Positions 38,947-48,850 of a stretch of DNA of 64,000 bases are shown one piece after another (position 1 is the stretch's first letter; each line of letters opens with the position of its first letter). Source of the DNA: an uncultured delta proteobacterium (GTDB lineage Bacteria > Desulfobacterota > Binatia > UBA9968); assembly GCA_963840855.1 (NCBI GenBank), contig CAWJBB010000061.1, positions 32,001 to 96,000 on the forward strand, read 5' to 3'. The notes beneath the pieces are model-generated. The model was not told the origin of the DNA, did not search any database, and was given only the letters and a program-made list of their open reading frames with translations. The position numbers and the translations under genes were made by a program.

Positions 38947-40050
38947 ATGTTGATACTGAGCAACGAAGAAATAGAATCCTTTCTCACCATCAATAGTTGC
39001 ATCGACGCTTTGGCGAAAGCCTACCGGAGCTGGCACGGCGGAATGGCCATCAACCGCCCGCGCACGGATTTGGTCCTGCCCTCGCCCAACGAATCCGGGG
39101 TCTATGCCTTCAAGTCGATGGAAGCCGGTCTCGCCGACCCGCCCATCGTCGCCATGCGCATCAACTCCGACATCATTCGCTGGCGCCAGGATGGCGGCCG
39201 GGTTCTCAAGACTAAGATACCCGCTGCTCCTGGGAACAAATATGTCGGCCTCGTCATGCTCTTCTCCACGGAAAACGGCGAGCCGCTGGCGATCTTTCCC
39301 GACGGCGTGGTCCAGCGCATGCGCGTGGCTTCGAGCAGCGCGCTGGCGGCGCGCTATCTTGCGCGCCGGGATGCAAGCACATTGGCGCTGTTCGGCTCCG
39401 GCTGGCAGGCGGGCAGCCACCTTCCGGCCATGTGTGCGGTGCGCCCGATCACACAAGTAAAAGTGTACAGTCCTACGAAAACTAATCGCGAAGCCTTCGC
39501 CAGCGCGATGGCGCAAAAAGTTTCCGCCGAGGTGATCCCGGTAGGAAGTGCCGAAGAAGCCGCCCGCGGCGCCGATATCATCGCCGCGACGACGAACTCA
39601 CTGTCGCGGGTCGTCAACCACGAGTGGGTGCGCCCGGGGATTCATCTGACCTGCGTGCGCGTGCCTGAGCTCGGCGACGAGACGATTCGAAAAGTCGACC
39701 GGCTGGTGATCCATGCGCACCAGCATGCGCCGCAAAATTTTATTGCCGGCTTCGGCGACGAAGGAATCCACGCCCATGACGCCATCGACATCATTCGCAA
39801 AGGCCCCGAAGGCGCCCGCGAATCCAAGGTCGAGCAGCCTTTCTGGCTCGCCGCACCTGAGTTGAGAGATCTCGTCACCGGCCATGCCGGCGGTCGCGCC
39901 AACGACCAAGAATCCACATGCTTCTTAAATAACATTGGCATTGGCCTTCAGTTCGCCGCCGTCGGCTCGGCGGTTTACTACGAAGCGAAAGCCAAAGGGA
40001 TCGGCCGGGAGATTCCTACGGATTGGTTTTTGGAAAGCGTGCACCCGTAG
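38947..40050 (+). CDS. Ornithine cyclodeaminase / mu-crystallin family protein
   Basis: GEPLAI.PDG....MRV, ALFGSGWQA, ADII..TTNS and G.GLQFAA. Confidence 0.88.
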   Translation: MLILSNEEIESFLTINSCIDALAKAYRSWHGGMAINRPRTDLVLPSPNESGVYAFKSMEAGLADPPIVAMRINSDIIRWRQDGGRVLKTKIPAAPGNKYVGLVMLFSTENGEPLAIFPDGVVQRMRVASSSALAARYLARRDASTLALFGSGWQAGSHLPAMCAVRPITQVKVYSPTKTNREAFASAMAQKVSAEVIPVGSAEEAARGADIIAATTNSLSRVVNHEWVRPGIHLTCVRVPELGDETIRKVDRLVIHAHQHAPQNFIAGFGDEGIHAHDAIDIIRKGPEGARESKVEQPFWLAAPELRDLVTGHAGGRANDQESTCFLNNIGIGLQFAAVGSAVYYEAKAKGIGREIPTDWFLESVHP

Positions 40051-40173
40051 CTAGGCAACAATGCGCACGGGACTCAAGCCTGAGCAATGTCGAAGGGAAC
40101 TACTTGAACCGGCTGCGCGCAGCATTCTTGGCGCTCTTTGTGGCTAATTTCCTTCTTCGTGACCCTTAAAAGC

Positions 40174-40210
40174 AACGAGGCCGGTGGAGATTCACTCCAC
40201 CGGCCTCGTT
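40174..40210 (-). terminator. Intrinsic terminator of the surface-protein gene
   Basis: Perfect 16-bp stem AACGAGGCCGGTGGAG/CTCCACCGGCCTCGTT followed by GCTTTT on the minus strand. Confidence 0.8.
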
Positions 40211-40248
40211 TAGATTCCTGGTAGCGGCGCTAGGTGCCTCTGCCGAGA

Positions 40249-42285
40249 CTACCATTTGCCGACGACGGCGATATCTCCCGGGACGCCGAAGTTCACCGCA
40301 CATACATCGATCCCGCAACCGTCCCATATTCCATTGCCGTTGTAGTCCAGGTACCACACGCTTGTGCTGGGGCGGAAGACACCAATTTTACTGGTACCCG
40401 ATCCGTTCCAGTCGCCCGTCACCGGCTGATCTCCAGCCCCGCCGAAGGACATGCAGCGCTCTTTGCTGCAACCGTTCCAGGATTTATTGCCGTTGTAATC
40501 CAGAAACCACTCGCCCGTGCTCGGCCGGAATAGTCCCAGCTGACTGACTCCAGCACCCTTCCAATCGCCGACCACTGGCAGGTCGCCGGTCATGTATACC
40601 GAGAGGTACGCGCATTGATCTTTTCGGCATCTAGTAAAACTCGCCATCGCTATTTTTGTCCAGGACCCAACTGCCAGTGCTTGGACGAAAAATCCCCACG
40701 CCATCATAACCCCCGGAAGTCCATTTCCCGACGACGGGCAGGTCTCCATTGACTCCGAATGGACCTAGACAAAGATCGACCGCGCACCCGTCCCAGGTTT
40801 CATTGGTGTTTTTGTCCATGAACCATTGCGCAGATTCAGCGCCAAATAATCCTAACTGGGTCACACCGGACGCGTCCCATTCACCGACAACCGGTACGGA
40901 ACCGGCAGCGCCAAAGGATTGAATACAGAGATCGATTTGACAGCTATCCCAGGCTGCCGTTGCCGTTTTGATCGAGGAACCACTCACCGGTGGACGGACG
41001 GTAAACGCCGATTCGGTCCGCAAAAGGCCACGGTGCTATTGAAAGTCGCCGTACAGGTCTATGTTCCCGGTGACCGTCACGGTGCTGGCGCATCCCGTGC
41101 CCGTCCAGCCGGCAAACGTCGAACCGCTGGCCGCCGTCGCCGTCAGCGCAACCTGTGTCCCGCTGGCAACACTTTCGCTGCAATCGCTGCCGCAATATGA
41201 TGCCGGTGGCCGTAACCGTGCCGCTCCCCGTCCCGGCCTTGGCCACCGTCAGTGTAAATGTGCTTGAGTTGAACGTCGCCGTACAGGTCAAGTTCCCGGT
41301 GACCGTCACGGTGCTGGCGCATCCCGTGCCCGTCCAGCCGGCAAACGTCGAACCGCTGGCCGCCGTCGCCGTCAGCGCAACCTGTGTCCCGCTGGCAACA
41401 CTTTCGCTGCAATCGCTGCCGCAATTGATGCCGGTGGCCGTAACCGTGCCGCTCCCCGTCCCGGCCTTGGCCACCGTCAGTGTAAATGTGCTTGAGTTGA
41501 ACGTCGCCGTACAGGTCAAGTTCCCGGTGACCGTCACGGTGCTGGCGCATCCCGTGCCCGTCCAGCCGGCAAACGTCGAACCGCTGGCCGCCGTCGCCGT
41601 CAGCGCAACCTGTGTCCCGCTGGCAACACTTTCGCTGCAATCGCTGCCGCAATTGATGCCGGTGGCCGTAACCGTGCCGCTCCCCGTCCCGGCCTTGGCC
41701 ACCGTCAGTGTAAATGTGCTTAAGTTGAACGTCGCCGTACAGGTCAAGTTCCCGGTGACCGTCACGGTGCTGGCGCATCCCGTGCCCGTCCAGCCGGCAA
41801 ACGTCGAACCGCTGGCCGCCGTCGCCGTCAGCGCAACCTGTGTCCCGCTGGCAACACTTTCGCTGCAATCGCTGCCGCAATATGATGCCGGTGGCCGTAA
41901 CCGTGCCGCTCCCCGTCCCGGCCTTGCTTACCGTCAACAGGTAGATAGACGGGGTGACCGACGCAGTTGTTGCGCACCCTTCATTGCTATATCCAGAAGA
42001 ACCTGTGGCATTAAATGCATTCACCCGATAACAGAAGGTCGTTGCGGCCGACAAATTACTATCGACGTGCGATCCCGCGTTTGCGGGCAGGCTGATAATC
42101 GGCACATAGGTCCCCGCAGTACCGGTCTTCCTCTCTACGCGAAAACCATCTTCGTTGTTCGAATTATCCGACCAACTCAGAGTCAGCTGCGCGGCGGAAA
42201 GTTCCGTGTGCGCAATGACCGCTGCAAAGACGGTGCAGAGAATAGCGAGAGTAACTAGCTTGAGAAATGATGCGATTCGATACAT
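40249..42285 (-). CDS. Secreted/surface protein: FN3-like domain, four InlB-B-like repeats and FG-GAP-like repeats, split by several indels
   Basis: Signal peptide from ATG 42285 (GGAGG SD) and LSWSDNSNNEDGFRVER. Repeated LTVAKAGTGSGTV...CGSDCSE...FAGWTG.GC...CTATF. About five GxFRPSTG.W.LD.NG...PVVGDW units, pieced together from ORFs 41143..42309, 40944..41765, 40631..41023 and 40249..40749. Confidence 0.85.
41045..41935. repeat. Four near-identical 228-nt (76-codon) tandem repeats
   Basis: Units start at 41045, 41275, 41503 and 41731 (gtcgccgtacaggtc). Confidence 0.95.
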
Positions 42286-42354
42286 TCTGCTGACCTCCGA
42301 GGAACGCAAGCGAGAACCGACACGCGCACGATCCTTGGAAGGTCAGTGCAACCT

Positions 42355-42436
42355 ACCGGCGGCCCTGCTACCTTATCTCTTTCGAGACTTAGGCCAGTGG
42401 CTTTGCGTCCCACCCTTTCGTGTGGTTTGCCCTTGA
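42355..42436 (-). ncRNA. Cyclic di-GMP-I (GEMM-I class) riboswitch
   Basis: The minus strand reads GGGCAAACCACACGAAAGGGTGGGACGCAAAGCCACTGGCCTAAGTCTCGAAAGAGATAAGGTAGCAGGGCCGCCG, matching the GEMM-I consensus. It lies 5' of the surface-protein gene. Confidence 0.9.
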
Positions 42437-42568
42437 CGGCTTAAAGTTTCCTGATTTTTCCTGTTCTGTTCTTTATGTAACCTTTTTGCCGCTTTCCGCT
42501 CATCTATTGACAAGCTGCTTATGGTAGGCCCGGAATAACGATTGTGCGGGTTCGGCGCTGTTTGAAAA

Positions 42569-42584
42569 AGCAACACCGGTGCCA
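42569..42584 (-). promoter_or_regulatory. Sigma-54 -24/-12 promoter
   Basis: Minus strand TGGCAC-CGGTG-TTGCT has exact consensus spacing and points toward the riboswitch. Confidence 0.75.
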
Positions 42585-42858
42585 GCACAATCGCGAATAA
42601 ATAATCTTCGCGCTGCAACTCCTGTCCATAATTGGGCAACCCGGTGCAAAGGCAGGCCGACAATCTTGTACAGCCCCGCGAAGGATTGCCGCGTGGAATA
42701 AATTCATCCATCAAAATGATTTCCAATTGGCGGCGATGTTCATTATCATGCGACTCATTCTCAGCGCCGAAGGGCAGGATTTGCGGCGATACCCGGCAAC
42801 CGGAGAGCAGAGCCACCCGCAAAGTCTGACCTCAGAAAGCGGCAAATTTCAAATTCTA

Positions 42859-44364
42859 ATGATAACAGTTCGCGCTTCGCCTATTTTCTTTTTGAGCTTA
42901 AGCGTCGCTTTCATAAACGCAGCCTATTGCGCCACCAACGTGAGAGAGCCCAGTCGGGCGGGAGTTCAGCGGCGCATCGACTTAGAGCCCTGCGGCTTTG
43001 CGACTTACGATACCAAGGTTCTGTGCGGCGCATATGATGTGTTCGAAGACCGGGCGGCACAAGCGGGGCGCAAGATCCCCCTATCCATCGTCGTGCTGCC
43101 GGCGCTCGATTCTAAACCGGCTCCCGACCCGGTTTTTTTTCTGAGCGGCGGTCCCGGACAAGGGGCGGCCAAAATCGCCAGCGCCGGCGAAGACAGCCTC
43201 ATGTCACATCTCCGGCGTCAACGTGATCTCGTCTTTATCGATCAACGTGGCACCGGCAATTCGCATCCTCTCAACTGCAATTTATTCTCCGAACATGCCG
43301 TCGCACAAAGCTACTTCGACGAGTTGTTTCCGCCCGAGAAGGTACGTTCCTGCCACGCGGCGCTGGCACCAAGTGCCGATCTCAAGCTTTACACTACTCC
43401 CATTGCCATGGCCGATCTCGACGAAGTGCGCGCAGCCCTGGGGTACGATAAAATCAACCTGTACGGCATTTCCTATGGGACTTTGGCAGCGCTTCAGTAT
43501 CTGCGCCAGTCTTCTAAACGGGTGCGGGCACTCGCCTTGGCGGGAGTCGCGACGCCAGCCGCCAAGCTACCGTTACACTTCGCCAAAGGCGCCCAAGCCG
43601 CTCTGGACAAATTGATCCGCGACTGCGCCGAGGAGGAAGGATGCCACGCGGCGTTTCCCAATCTACAAGCAGATATTGCCAAAGTGCTCGCCAAGCTGGA
43701 TAACGGTCCGGTAACATTCGTGATCCCCAATCCGAAGAGCGGGGAGGGACAAAGCGTAATAATGTCACGCGGGGTCTTCACCGAGCAACTCAAAAATATG
43801 CTCTACAACCTTCCTTCAGCGAGTCTCGTGCCGTTGCTTGTTCACCGCGCGGCCCGGGGAGACTGGACAACGTTCGGTAGGGTAGTTGCTGGAACTTCAA
43901 TAAACGCCTTTCACGCCCCCGCAATAGGAACGTATCTCGCCGTAACCTGCTCGGAGTCGGTCCCGTTTATCAATGACAACGAGATAGCGCGCGAAACCGG
44001 CGGCACCTTCATGGGTGACTACCGAATCAGAGTGCATCGCCAGGCCTGCCGTGAATGGCCACGGGGAGAAATACCCGCGGTATATTTCGAACCGGTGAAT
44101 TCCCCCGTGCCGGTCCTGATGCTATCCGGCGAGTTAGACGGCGCGACGCCCGCCCAACTGGGCGCCGATGCCTCCAGGTCGCTCTCTAACAGCCGCCAAA
44201 TTTTGCTGCGCAACAGTGCCCACGGCTACGCCTCGGATTGCGTCAAAGGCATTATCGCGCAGTTCATCGCCAAGGGCTCCGCTCAAGAGCTGGATGTCGC
44301 CTGCGCCGATAAATTGCGCCGTCCACCATTCGCACGAGAACTGCCGGCGCGCTATATCAGATAG
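42859..44364 (+). CDS. Exported alpha/beta hydrolase (TAP-like peptidase family)
   Basis: LSGGPG, DQRGTG, YGISYGT, V.CSE, LSGELDGATP and AHG motifs. Confidence 0.88.
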   Translation: MITVRASPIFFLSLSVAFINAAYCATNVREPSRAGVQRRIDLEPCGFATYDTKVLCGAYDVFEDRAAQAGRKIPLSIVVLPALDSKPAPDPVFFLSGGPGQGAAKIASAGEDSLMSHLRRQRDLVFIDQRGTGNSHPLNCNLFSEHAVAQSYFDELFPPEKVRSCHAALAPSADLKLYTTPIAMADLDEVRAALGYDKINLYGISYGTLAALQYLRQSSKRVRALALAGVATPAAKLPLHFAKGAQAALDKLIRDCAEEEGCHAAFPNLQADIAKVLAKLDNGPVTFVIPNPKSGEGQSVIMSRGVFTEQLKNMLYNLPSASLVPLLVHRAARGDWTTFGRVVAGTSINAFHAPAIGTYLAVTCSESVPFINDNEIARETGGTFMGDYRIRVHRQACREWPRGEIPAVYFEPVNSPVPVLMLSGELDGATPAQLGADASRSLSNSRQILLRNSAHGYASDCVKGIIAQFIAKGSAQELDVACADKLRRPPFARELPARYIR

Positions 44365-44591
44365 AAAGGCGACCTTGCTAAAGACGACTTCTAGCACCTA
44401 TGCCGCTAAGCGCAGCTGTGACTGGTTTCCCAAGTTGCGGAACGCGGAGCCATCGCCTAATCCCCGCGCGCCTCCTATCGGGTCGGGGACCAATCTAAGA
44501 TGTTCCTTGATTTTTCGGGTGAATTTATAATAAAAGAAAGTGGATTATTTGATTAGAAGGCTGTGGATAGATTGCGTTATGATTGCCCGAT

Positions 44592-44711
44592 GCGTCGCCA
44601 GACCTGAAGCGGATGCTGTACCCGCTCAATAGGGCCGCACCATCTGGACTTCGGGTTTCCGCCCCAGGCTTACAGGCCACTAACTAGAGGGGTACGAGCG
44701 GACAACGACGC
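44592..44711. ncRNA. Candidate structured RNA (120-nt interrupted hairpin)
   Basis: Nested pairs GCGTCG/CGACGC, GTACCC/GGGTAC, CTC/GAG, GGCC/GGCC and CTGG/CCAG in an intergenic gap. TATGAT lies just upstream. Confidence 0.35.
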
Positions 44712-44811
44712 GGATGTTTTGGATTGCTGACAACGCGGATGTTTCAAGATTCTAAACCATGATCACCTCGTGTTTTATTTTCGCGAACTCCGCAAATGAG
44801 GGACAGCAGCC

Positions 44812-46590
44812 ATGTACAACAATTACTTCGGTTTCTCTGAGTCGCCATTCAATATTACGCCGAGCTCACGCTTCTACTTTCGGACTCCATCTTGCGAAGA
44901 AGTCCTTGGTGTCGTGCACCACGGAATTGAAGCACGCAAGGGTGTCATCGCGGTCACAGGGCTACCAGGAACCGGAAAAACTCTTTTGTTAAAATTTTTG
45001 GTGCGCGACCTGGACCCCAAGGTTAAAGCAGTCATCGTTCGTAATCCTCATACCGATTTAAACGGGTTGCTGCGACTCTTACTGAACCGACTGGAGCTAT
45101 ACGCCGCCGCCGATGACAGCACGGCTATGTTTGATCGGCTGACCGATTATTTAGTCGAGCAGCGCCGAAATGGCCGCATTGTCTGCTTGCTCATCGACGA
45201 AGCCCAGGACCTAGACCAGAACACGCTGGACGAACTTAGACTTTTAGCTAACTTAGACTTCGAGGATGAGGCGCTTCTTCCTATTGTCCTCCTCGGCCAG
45301 CCGGAGTTAAATATTAATCTAGATCGTCCATCGGCCAGGCGGATTAAACAGCGCTTGGCCCTATCTCGACATATTTACCCCTTAAATCGCAATGAAGTAG
45401 GGCCCTACATCAACTCCCGTCTCAAGGTGGCTAAATACGCGGGGTCCGGTCTTTTTGATGATGAAGCAATCGAAAAGATATCCGACTATTCCAGGGGTAT
45501 TCCTCGGTTGATAAATTCCATCTGCGATAATTCGCTGATTCGGGCGTATAAAGCGAATCAGAGCGTGATTTCACCGGAAATCATCGATCGGGTCGCCCGC
45601 GAATTACATATCGCTGCTCCTCGGTTGCCACACAAGCAATCAGCGCCTGCTGGATTTAGCAATTTCAGGACTATCGCCGCCCCTTTTGCAGACGATGCCG
45701 GGTCCATCGCCAAGGATGCCGTACCTTTAGACATGGAGAACCCGGAGGCTGCGGCGGTCCAGGCGCAAAGTTCTGGTTCCGCGGCCTTACATCGGCCTAG
45801 GACCACAGAGAATCTCCAGGGATACTCAGGCGGTGATAAGAGTACGGCGCCGGATGGCAAAGGTCCGCCAAAGAGCGATTTATACTCGCGCGCAGGCACC
45901 GATGAGTTGACGCAATTCTACATATTGCCGCGCGAGCGGAGTGCGATCAGTCTGCGCCGTTTACGCTGGATCCCGGTCGCCGCTGCTATAGGTCTCTTAT
46001 TACTGGTCATTGGCAACATCGTCAGCTCTTCTCAGTTGGCGGCCATCTATTCGGGGGCATCGACCGCAAACCGGACGCCAGTTGCCGGGGTCCCAATTCC
46101 TCAACCGCAGCAAAAGCGGGCAGTCGATAGCGTCGAATCCAACGGCGCGGCAGTTGCTCCACAGGCAGCAGCCCCAATAACCTCGGGGCACGAGCAAACA
46201 CAGAAAGCCACCGATCGGCCAATGGCGGAGAGAAAGGCCGATCCAAGCAATGCGCCTACCGAGACTAACGTGAAAAGAATTGAACCGACTGACGCTTCAC
46301 AGTCAGAGCTACGGCCAAAGACCAATGCGCTGCCCGAGCAACCCGCAAGAATTCCGCCAGACAATGGGCACGAAAACAGGCGTCCTGCCGTAACTCTTGA
46401 AGTTGTTGGCATATCGATCGTGCGCGATAAACCCAATGACAAAGCTACGATTATCGGCGACCTGGAGCCCGGTAGCCGGGTTACGGTTCTCGCCGAGTAT
46501 CGAGACTATTTTCACGTGCGCTCCCTGGACAACCAATCGATTCGCGGCTACGTTCACCGTGAAGACGCGTTCTTCAGACGCAAAAAATAA
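44812..46590 (+). CDS. ExeA/GspA-like AAA ATPase with a TM helix and a C-terminal SH3b-like domain
   Basis: MY..YFG..E.PF.ITP, G.PGTGKT, LIDEAQ, LLGQPEL and SRGIPRLINSICD. TM segment near aa 385-405. C-terminal VRDKP...IIG.L.PG..V......GYVH. Confidence 0.85.
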   Translation: MYNNYFGFSESPFNITPSSRFYFRTPSCEEVLGVVHHGIEARKGVIAVTGLPGTGKTLLLKFLVRDLDPKVKAVIVRNPHTDLNGLLRLLLNRLELYAAADDSTAMFDRLTDYLVEQRRNGRIVCLLIDEAQDLDQNTLDELRLLANLDFEDEALLPIVLLGQPELNINLDRPSARRIKQRLALSRHIYPLNRNEVGPYINSRLKVAKYAGSGLFDDEAIEKISDYSRGIPRLINSICDNSLIRAYKANQSVISPEIIDRVARELHIAAPRLPHKQSAPAGFSNFRTIAAPFADDAGSIAKDAVPLDMENPEAAAVQAQSSGSAALHRPRTTENLQGYSGGDKSTAPDGKGPPKSDLYSRAGTDELTQFYILPRERSAISLRRLRWIPVAAAIGLLLLVIGNIVSSSQLAAIYSGASTANRTPVAGVPIPQPQQKRAVDSVESNGAAVAPQAAAPITSGHEQTQKATDRPMAERKADPSNAPTETNVKRIEPTDASQSELRPKTNALPEQPARIPPDNGHENRRPAVTLEVVGISIVRDKPNDKATIIGDLEPGSRVTVLAEYRDYFHVRSLDNQSIRGYVHREDAFFRRKK

Positions 46591-46846
46591 TCGACAACTT
46601 ATGCTCCGAATGACCGCTGGCTCGCCGGTCGCGGGAACGGCGAGGGCCGCTGTCCATGGCCCGGGATGCGAACTTCTCTGGGTCGAATAAGAGCCAAAAT
46701 GCTTTTGCCCGGCCGCCTTTCAACCAAGCCAACGGGTTGACCGATTAAAGGCAGTGAGCATTGCCGAGGTGTATCAGCAAAATAGCGCCGGCTGGCCGTT
46801 TACCGACGCCCGGCGGCAAAGTTTTAAACAAGCTTCGAGGGATTGG

Positions 46847-47284
46847 ATGCGAAAACTTTTCTTGCTCTTCGCTTGCGGAATCTTTTTTTACGCGTGCTCG
46901 GATTCCTTTGAACATGATCATAAACTGGCCGCCAAACGCGCGGAGGAATTCGCACGGATCGCTTTCGTGCGCCAGGATTTCGAAAAAGGCTACGCAATGC
47001 TTTCAGACAGCGGCAAACGCTACGTTCCCTTGGAGAAGTTCAAAGAAGCCGTAGTCAAATCGCACCCGAGAAGTTACCCAACCAAGATCGCCGCCACCGA
47101 GTATGAGCCGATGTCGGGGGAGAAAGCCATTTACATCTACCTGACGGGCGACAACGCGGCAGAACAATTCTTTTATACGTTGATCCTGGACGGCACCGCC
47201 ACCTCGGAATACAAAGTAACGCGCTTTAGCCGCGGCAGCGCTCCGTTCGGCTCCAGCAGCACTAGACAACCCGTGAGCAAGTAG
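46847..47284 (+). CDS. Hypothetical lipoprotein
   Basis: MRKLFLLFACGIFFYAC lipobox-like signal and protein-like composition. Confidence 0.7.
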   Translation: MRKLFLLFACGIFFYACSDSFEHDHKLAAKRAEEFARIAFVRQDFEKGYAMLSDSGKRYVPLEKFKEAVVKSHPRSYPTKIAATEYEPMSGEKAIYIYLTGDNAAEQFFYTLILDGTATSEYKVTRFSRGSAPFGSSSTRQPVSK

Positions 47285-47555
47285 CGGCGCAAATGAGGAT
47301 CGCCACTTCCGCGGCGGTGATTTTCCCCGGCACAAAGTTAGGGCTAATGCGGCGGCCTATGAGCTATCGGCTGCCTTGCATACTCACTTCCTTCGGGTTA
47401 TCTGACGATTGTTTAAATCAGATCAGTAACCGCCGGAATACGCCGGAGCCAGGAGATTTTTCGTTACGATTATCCAGAGACGACAACTCGGCCCGGCACG
47501 TTTTATCACCGGCCGGGAGCGCCGGCGCATCAATCCCAACCGCGGCCTGATCAAA

Positions 47556-48383
47556 GTGCTGGAGCGCTATGCGGATATTCTCGTTTCGCGATTTATCTAT
47601 CCGAACCTCACGCCGCTTTGGAATCCTTATAGCTGGCTGCTGAAGAAACGCTTTCAATTGGCTGAAGCCAAACTTGTCCCACCTGGCTGGCCGCGCGGCC
47701 TCGCGCCGCTTCGGGTGTTGCTTATCACGGACATCCACGCCGGCATTTTCTTGCACCCGGAAACTCTGCGCGCCATCATCGTCTCACTGATGCGCGAAGA
47801 ACCGCATCTGGTGGTGATAGGCGGCGATATCGTCACCGGTCATGTCCAGGAAGTTCGTGGAATTTTGAACGCGCTGGCGCCGTTGGCAAAAGCGCCCCTC
47901 GGCGCCTGGTATTGCCACGGCAACCACGACTATTTTGGCGGCGACCCCGAAGAGCTGCGTGCAAGCCTCGGAGCGGCAGGCATCACGACGCTCAGGAATG
48001 ATTCGGCGCGGCTGCAGCACGAAAACGGGACTCTTGTCCTGGGCGGCATCGACGATCTGGTTCTTGGCAGCCCCGATTGGGAAAAGATGACCACGCCCCG
48101 CGGCGTGCCTCATCTATTGATGGCACATAACCCCGATCACTTTTACGAGGCCCAAGCCTTTGGCGTGGCGTTGACACTCGCGGGCCACACCCACGGCGGC
48201 CAGATTCGCTTTCCCAGCGGATCGCCGATCATTCGTCACAGCCGTTACTGCCTCGATGAAGGAGTCTATGCGTTTCGCTCCTCACTGCTGGTGGTATCGC
48301 GGGGGCTGGGCAGCGTCCTTTTGCCGATTCGTTGGGGTGCCGACCCGGAGGCCATCTTGCTGGAAATCATACCACCTCGCTGA
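47556..48383 (+). CDS. Calcineurin-like metallophosphoesterase (YkuE-like)
   Basis: DIH, GGD, GNHD, HNPD, GHTHGGQ and SRGLG. The frame is open upstream to about 47460, near an AGGAG, so the start may be earlier. Confidence 0.9.
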   Translation: MLERYADILVSRFIYPNLTPLWNPYSWLLKKRFQLAEAKLVPPGWPRGLAPLRVLLITDIHAGIFLHPETLRAIIVSLMREEPHLVVIGGDIVTGHVQEVRGILNALAPLAKAPLGAWYCHGNHDYFGGDPEELRASLGAAGITTLRNDSARLQHENGTLVLGGIDDLVLGSPDWEKMTTPRGVPHLLMAHNPDHFYEAQAFGVALTLAGHTHGGQIRFPSGSPIIRHSRYCLDEGVYAFRSSLLVVSRGLGSVLLPIRWGADPEAILLEIIPPR

Positions 48384-48644
48384 GGCGACGGGCTTACTTT
48401 TTTGACTGTCGTTCCGCTCTCGACCGATTGACCAGTTCGAAAAGCACTGGCCTTGCCCCGTCGCGCACGACATTTGCGATCGCTCCCGTTTTTCTCGTCA
48501 CCGTTTCCTGGTCAAAGATGAAGATCTTCCAGACATCCGGTGGGTAGCTTTCGAGAAGCAAAGCGAATCCGCCATGGGCTTTGCCGGTAAGTCCCGCACA
48601 TGGTGACTACGCGCGCGCATGGGCCCCGCCGCCAGCCATGCGCG

Positions 48645-48787
48645 ACGTGACTTCCGCCAGACGATCCAATTGATCCAATTCCTCGGTGCACGGGCGCAAA
48701 ATGAACTTCGGCGCGTGTCGCCCATTCGAGCATCAACTCGCCGGAAGCTCCGGCGATTCGGCTTGGTAATCCAAGTGCTATGCGCAT
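48645..48787 (-). pseudogene. Internally deleted LLM-class oxidoreductase remnant
   Basis: The N-terminus MRIALGLPSRIAGASGELMLEWATRAE is joined directly to a C-terminal-like FILRPCTEELDQLDRLAEV in another frame. Confidence 0.6.
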
Positions 48788-48850
48788 AGCGTCTCTCTTA
48801 GTCGAATTGGATGGCGTTCTGATACTCGCGGTGTCGCCGCCGCGGCAAGC

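Noticed and set aside
41190-41890. The same +1 insertion (CAATATGATG versus CAATTGATG) in the two outer repeat copies, suggesting programmed frameshifting or phase variation
   Set aside because: Other unrelated insertions occur in this gene and across the window, and there is no slippery or homopolymer tract. A consensus error is more likely, though raw reads should confirm.
41045-41935. Tandem repeats as a CRISPR array or DGR template/variable repeats
   Set aside because: The units are 228 nt and in-frame coding, with no spacers and no adenine-specific variation. There is no cas or reverse transcriptase gene.
41155-42258. 367-aa Val/Pro-rich plus-strand ORF
   Set aside because: It is the antisense of the Thr/Gly-rich surface-protein repeats.
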